This document shows, piece by piece, positions 59,889 to 64,000 of a DNA stretch of 64,000 bases. The position numbers were made by a program, and so were the translations under genes. The stretch comes from the human T2T-CHM13v2.0 reference genome, Homo sapiens. The notes below the pieces were generated by a model. The model was not told the DNA's origin and made no database searches. It saw only the letters and a list, made by a program, of their open reading frames with translations. The DNA is taken from the NCBI RefSeq assembly GCF_009914755.1, contig NC_060932.1. One strand, 5' to 3'. How positions within the stretch are numbered: position 1 is the first letter of the stretch; the number at the start of each line of letters is the position of its first letter.

Positions 59889-61186
59889 GTGGCTGTACCA
59901 TAATTTAGTTATTGCTCAGTGGTTGAACATTTAGGTTGCCTCTAGATTTTTCTATTTATTAGAAACATTCAGGGTTTCTAGATTTTTCAGTTTTATAAGG
60001 AACATTCCAGTGAACACTTTCGTGGAAGACTTTTGCAGGAATTTCAACACCTAATTTTGTTACAACCCTAACTTTCTCCATTTGTTTTGATGAGTAGTAA
60101 ATTTTTATTTTGAAAAAGTCTTAAGGCAAAATAAATGTAATGCACTTATATTTCAAAAATATAATTGCCATATACTACCTATAAAATAGGAGTATTTCAG
60201 GAAATCAAACAAAAACAATGATTTTTCTCAAGCATAAAGAACTATGCCTGGTATGACCTGCTCCTTTTGAATTATTAAAGTATAAAAAGTTGACCAGTAT
60301 TTACTGAATGAGATTTATTGCCTGCCTTGATTGTAAACACCTTTGGCTGATGCTGGGAATTGGCACAAATGTGAGGATGGCTGTGTTTATTTTGCTGGTT
60401 GGGCACAATGAACTCTTATTAACTCTTATTTTAGAATAAGAACTGAATCCCACCTTCCCTTCTCCCTCCATCATGGAAAAACCACAGAGTTCAGCAAAAT
60501 CATGCAGGAAAGATAATTTCCCTTTTAGTAACCTTTGGTCTTGCTTCCTGTTTCTTTTCTGCTTCCTACTTCCTGTTAACTTCCAGCAGCCTCCACTTTG
60601 CAAGCTATTGTCTCCTGTCTCTCCCCTAGAACAGTTCTCATGCTTTCAAAAAATCTCCCACCACCACCTCTGGCATTGCCACCACACCTATTCTTCTGCC
60701 AGAGTTTTCTAAAATTACACATTCCTTTCCCAACTTCTTTCCCATTAAAACACTCAGGAGGGATTCCTTCTTGGGGAGATGATTGAAAACAAAGCGAGGC
60801 TTTATCTAAGATGAAGAGCAAGGTATGAGTGGCAGGTGCAAGTGACTGACAGGTAGGACCATCCAGGGTATTTTAAATAAGGATATTGCTAACTCAAATA
60901 AATGCATCCTTTATAGTTAAGAAGTGCTAGAGAAATATATGAAGGGCTTTCTATTGGTCTAGGCTTTCTCCAGTCTAGGCTGACTTTCCCACTTATCAAG
61001 AGAGCCAGCATTGGCAGATTGTGACCACCCTCTTATGAAGGCATAAAACTCCCAGCAGGACTCCTGACATAGCAAGAAGGACCTTAACTTTGGGGGACTT
61101 GGGCTCCAGATGAAAGGATGCTTTAAGGCCTAAACTACATTGCATGTAACTAAGGCTATTTTCTCTACAGTGAAGGGGAATTCCTG

Positions 61187-61218
<32 letters not shown>

Positions 61219-61578
61219 AAAACCAAAATGATTTCATGGTAGGCTTTTTATTCTTCTTCTTCTTTTCTGGCTGTGGTTGTTTTATAGTTTTCATTCTTTC
61301 TGATTGAGGATCTCATCTGAGAAATGCAAGGATAAATTCTAAATGTTTCAAATTGAAAATTTTCAAAATGTATTGAGGATAGTTGGGAAGCACAGAACTC
61401 ATCAAATTAGGCTGCTTCGTGTACTGGGCCACTTCTTGAGGGCTTAACTGTTTTTGGTCTCATCCTTAGAAAGAAATTGAAAAGTGATTTTCTTCTATGA
61501 TGAAAAAATAGTCAAAACTTGACAGTTGTATTGATCTTCAAAATCTATAAATATATCTTTAAAGTGACCCTGATTTGA

Positions 61579-61920
<342 letters not shown>

Positions 61921-62115
61921 TGTTTGAAACTTTTATAATGTTAAATTAATATGTCAGTTAATAGTTTTCATAAGGCTTTGAAGAAATATATTGATTATAT
62001 TTAGGAGAAATATGTTGTTCCTATTCTTTAAAATATAGATTTTATTCTGTTATTGTGAAATGGATATAATTTCATATATCTGTATTTGATGACAATTCTT
62101 TTTTTGTGTTAGTGA

Positions 62116-62455
<340 letters not shown>

Positions 62456-63871
62456 ATAATTAGTAATTTATGAAGGCAATATATTTTATTTCCCACAGAT
62501 GCAGAGGATAATTAAGTATTAGTAAATATGGGTGATTAAGTACTAGTAAATATGGTACCCAGATTACTTGTCCTCTTATGCTAGCATTTAAAGGAAAGTT
62601 GAAATATTGCTTTCTGTAACTATTCTGAGATACCAGGTAGGGAGTTTACATAAAACTCAAGTTGCAGCCAAGTCTAGAACTCCTTCTGTTGAATTAATAT
62701 TTCCAAGACTGTGTGGACTACTAGAGTTACATAGCTTCTTTTATTTCACATGAGCTTTGCTATACTTTTGCTTGAAACATTTTAGTGTTTCTGGAAATAA
62801 TTGGTCTTATTTTCAAACACTGTATGTTCAAATGATCATTTTGAAGCCCTTTTCAGTTGCCTGGGTGTTCACAGCTTATATATGTTGGTGTTAAAGTTAT
62901 AACAAAGTTAAATGTCCCTTGAGGATAGACCTTTTTCTGTAGTCAAGTGAAATGTTAATGAAACACAGCAGTCTGTTTTTTTTTTGGTTTAAATGCGTGT
63001 AAACTCTGGGAAGTTAAATTATTGTAAAAATTGCTGCCATGTTATCATTCACATTTTATAGACTTTGTATGCCTCTTCAGAGGATGAATTGATTCTATTT
63101 TTGTCAAAGAAACCATTTTTCCTCACTCCTGAAGTTGGAGTATATCACCCCTGTGGGGACAGTCATGGACTCTGTCCACAGGGAGGAGTTCATGAGCTAC
63201 ACGCAGGCACTCCAGAAATGGTGGTCCCTGTCCTGTGAACGTGGCAAAGGCATACCTTTGCATAATACTTCATAAATTTCAAGGTCTTTTCACCTACAGT
63301 TGATAACTGTCACCACAGATCATTGCAGTGAAGTCCATCAGGTTTTACATTTTATAGTTCATGCAACTCAGTGGGATTTACCCAAGATCACAGGACAATC
63401 CTGTATGTTTCCTAATAGCCATTGTTTTACAATGTCCACCATTTACAAAATGCCCTTTTTTGAATCCATTTAAAAATTTTAAAAGTATGCATTTGGAGCT
63501 TAATAAGTTGCTTACTCATAAAGTGGTGTTTATTTTTTAAAATCCAAATATATAGAATCAGTCATAATTTAGAGACTAAAATTCTAGCCCAGTTCTCTAT
63601 CCAGTTTAAACTACTTACCAGTAATAGCTCCACAGTTGTGCGACCTTTCCATGAATTTCAGGCATGACAGAAAAATGTGACAGATTCAATTAGCCAGATA
63701 TTTAAAAAATGTTTTGACTTACTTTATGTAACTTTATTTTCCTCTTGAAAGAGCTGGTTTATCATCATCTGGTTCCAGCTGTAGTGAAAAATAGGCTTCC
63801 CTGGTCAGTTGGTTTCTATCTGTTCTATTGACCAGTACTGCTGGAAACCAATTTGTTGGTTGATTTGTTTG

Positions 63872-63934
63872 TCCATCTATCCATCTATCCATCTATCCAT
63901 CCATCCATCCACCCACCCACACACACACCCACCC
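63872..63934. repeat. (TCCA/TCTA)n-(CCCA)n-(CA)n microsatellite
   Basis: Directly visible. Confidence 0.88.
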
Positions 63935-64000
63935 AAAAAATATTCACTAAGTAGATATGACCTCCCAGTAATGGGGGTAAATATTGGATATCTAAAGGCA

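Overview
Primate (human-like) genomic DNA, rich in Alu, L1, L2, MIR and MaLR repeats. It holds the 5' end of GRHL2 (grainyhead-like 2) on the + strand: a CpG-island promoter (~7.9-10 kb), coding exon 1 (ATG 8471, 20 nt), a 50.5-kb intron 1, exon 2 (58984-59179, 196 nt) and the start of intron 2. The two exons join to give [72 protein letters not shown]. Intron 1 contains an antisense SARNP/CIP29 processed pseudogene split by an Alu, a retrocopied 28S rRNA 3' end and a near full-length Charlie1-type DNA transposon. There is no prokaryotic-type system (CRISPR etc.), and almost all listed ORFs are repeat- or GC-content artefacts. The most interesting signals are regulatory: a perfect 15-bp oestrogen response element, a palindromic ZEB/GRHL overlap element, a dense oriented ZEB-box cluster that doubles as antisense 5' splice sites, candidate recursive splice sites, and cryptic acceptors coinciding with recalled disease-variant positions. 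Repeat boundaries and subfamilies were called by eye and are approximate. All regulatory functions are hypotheses from motif matches.
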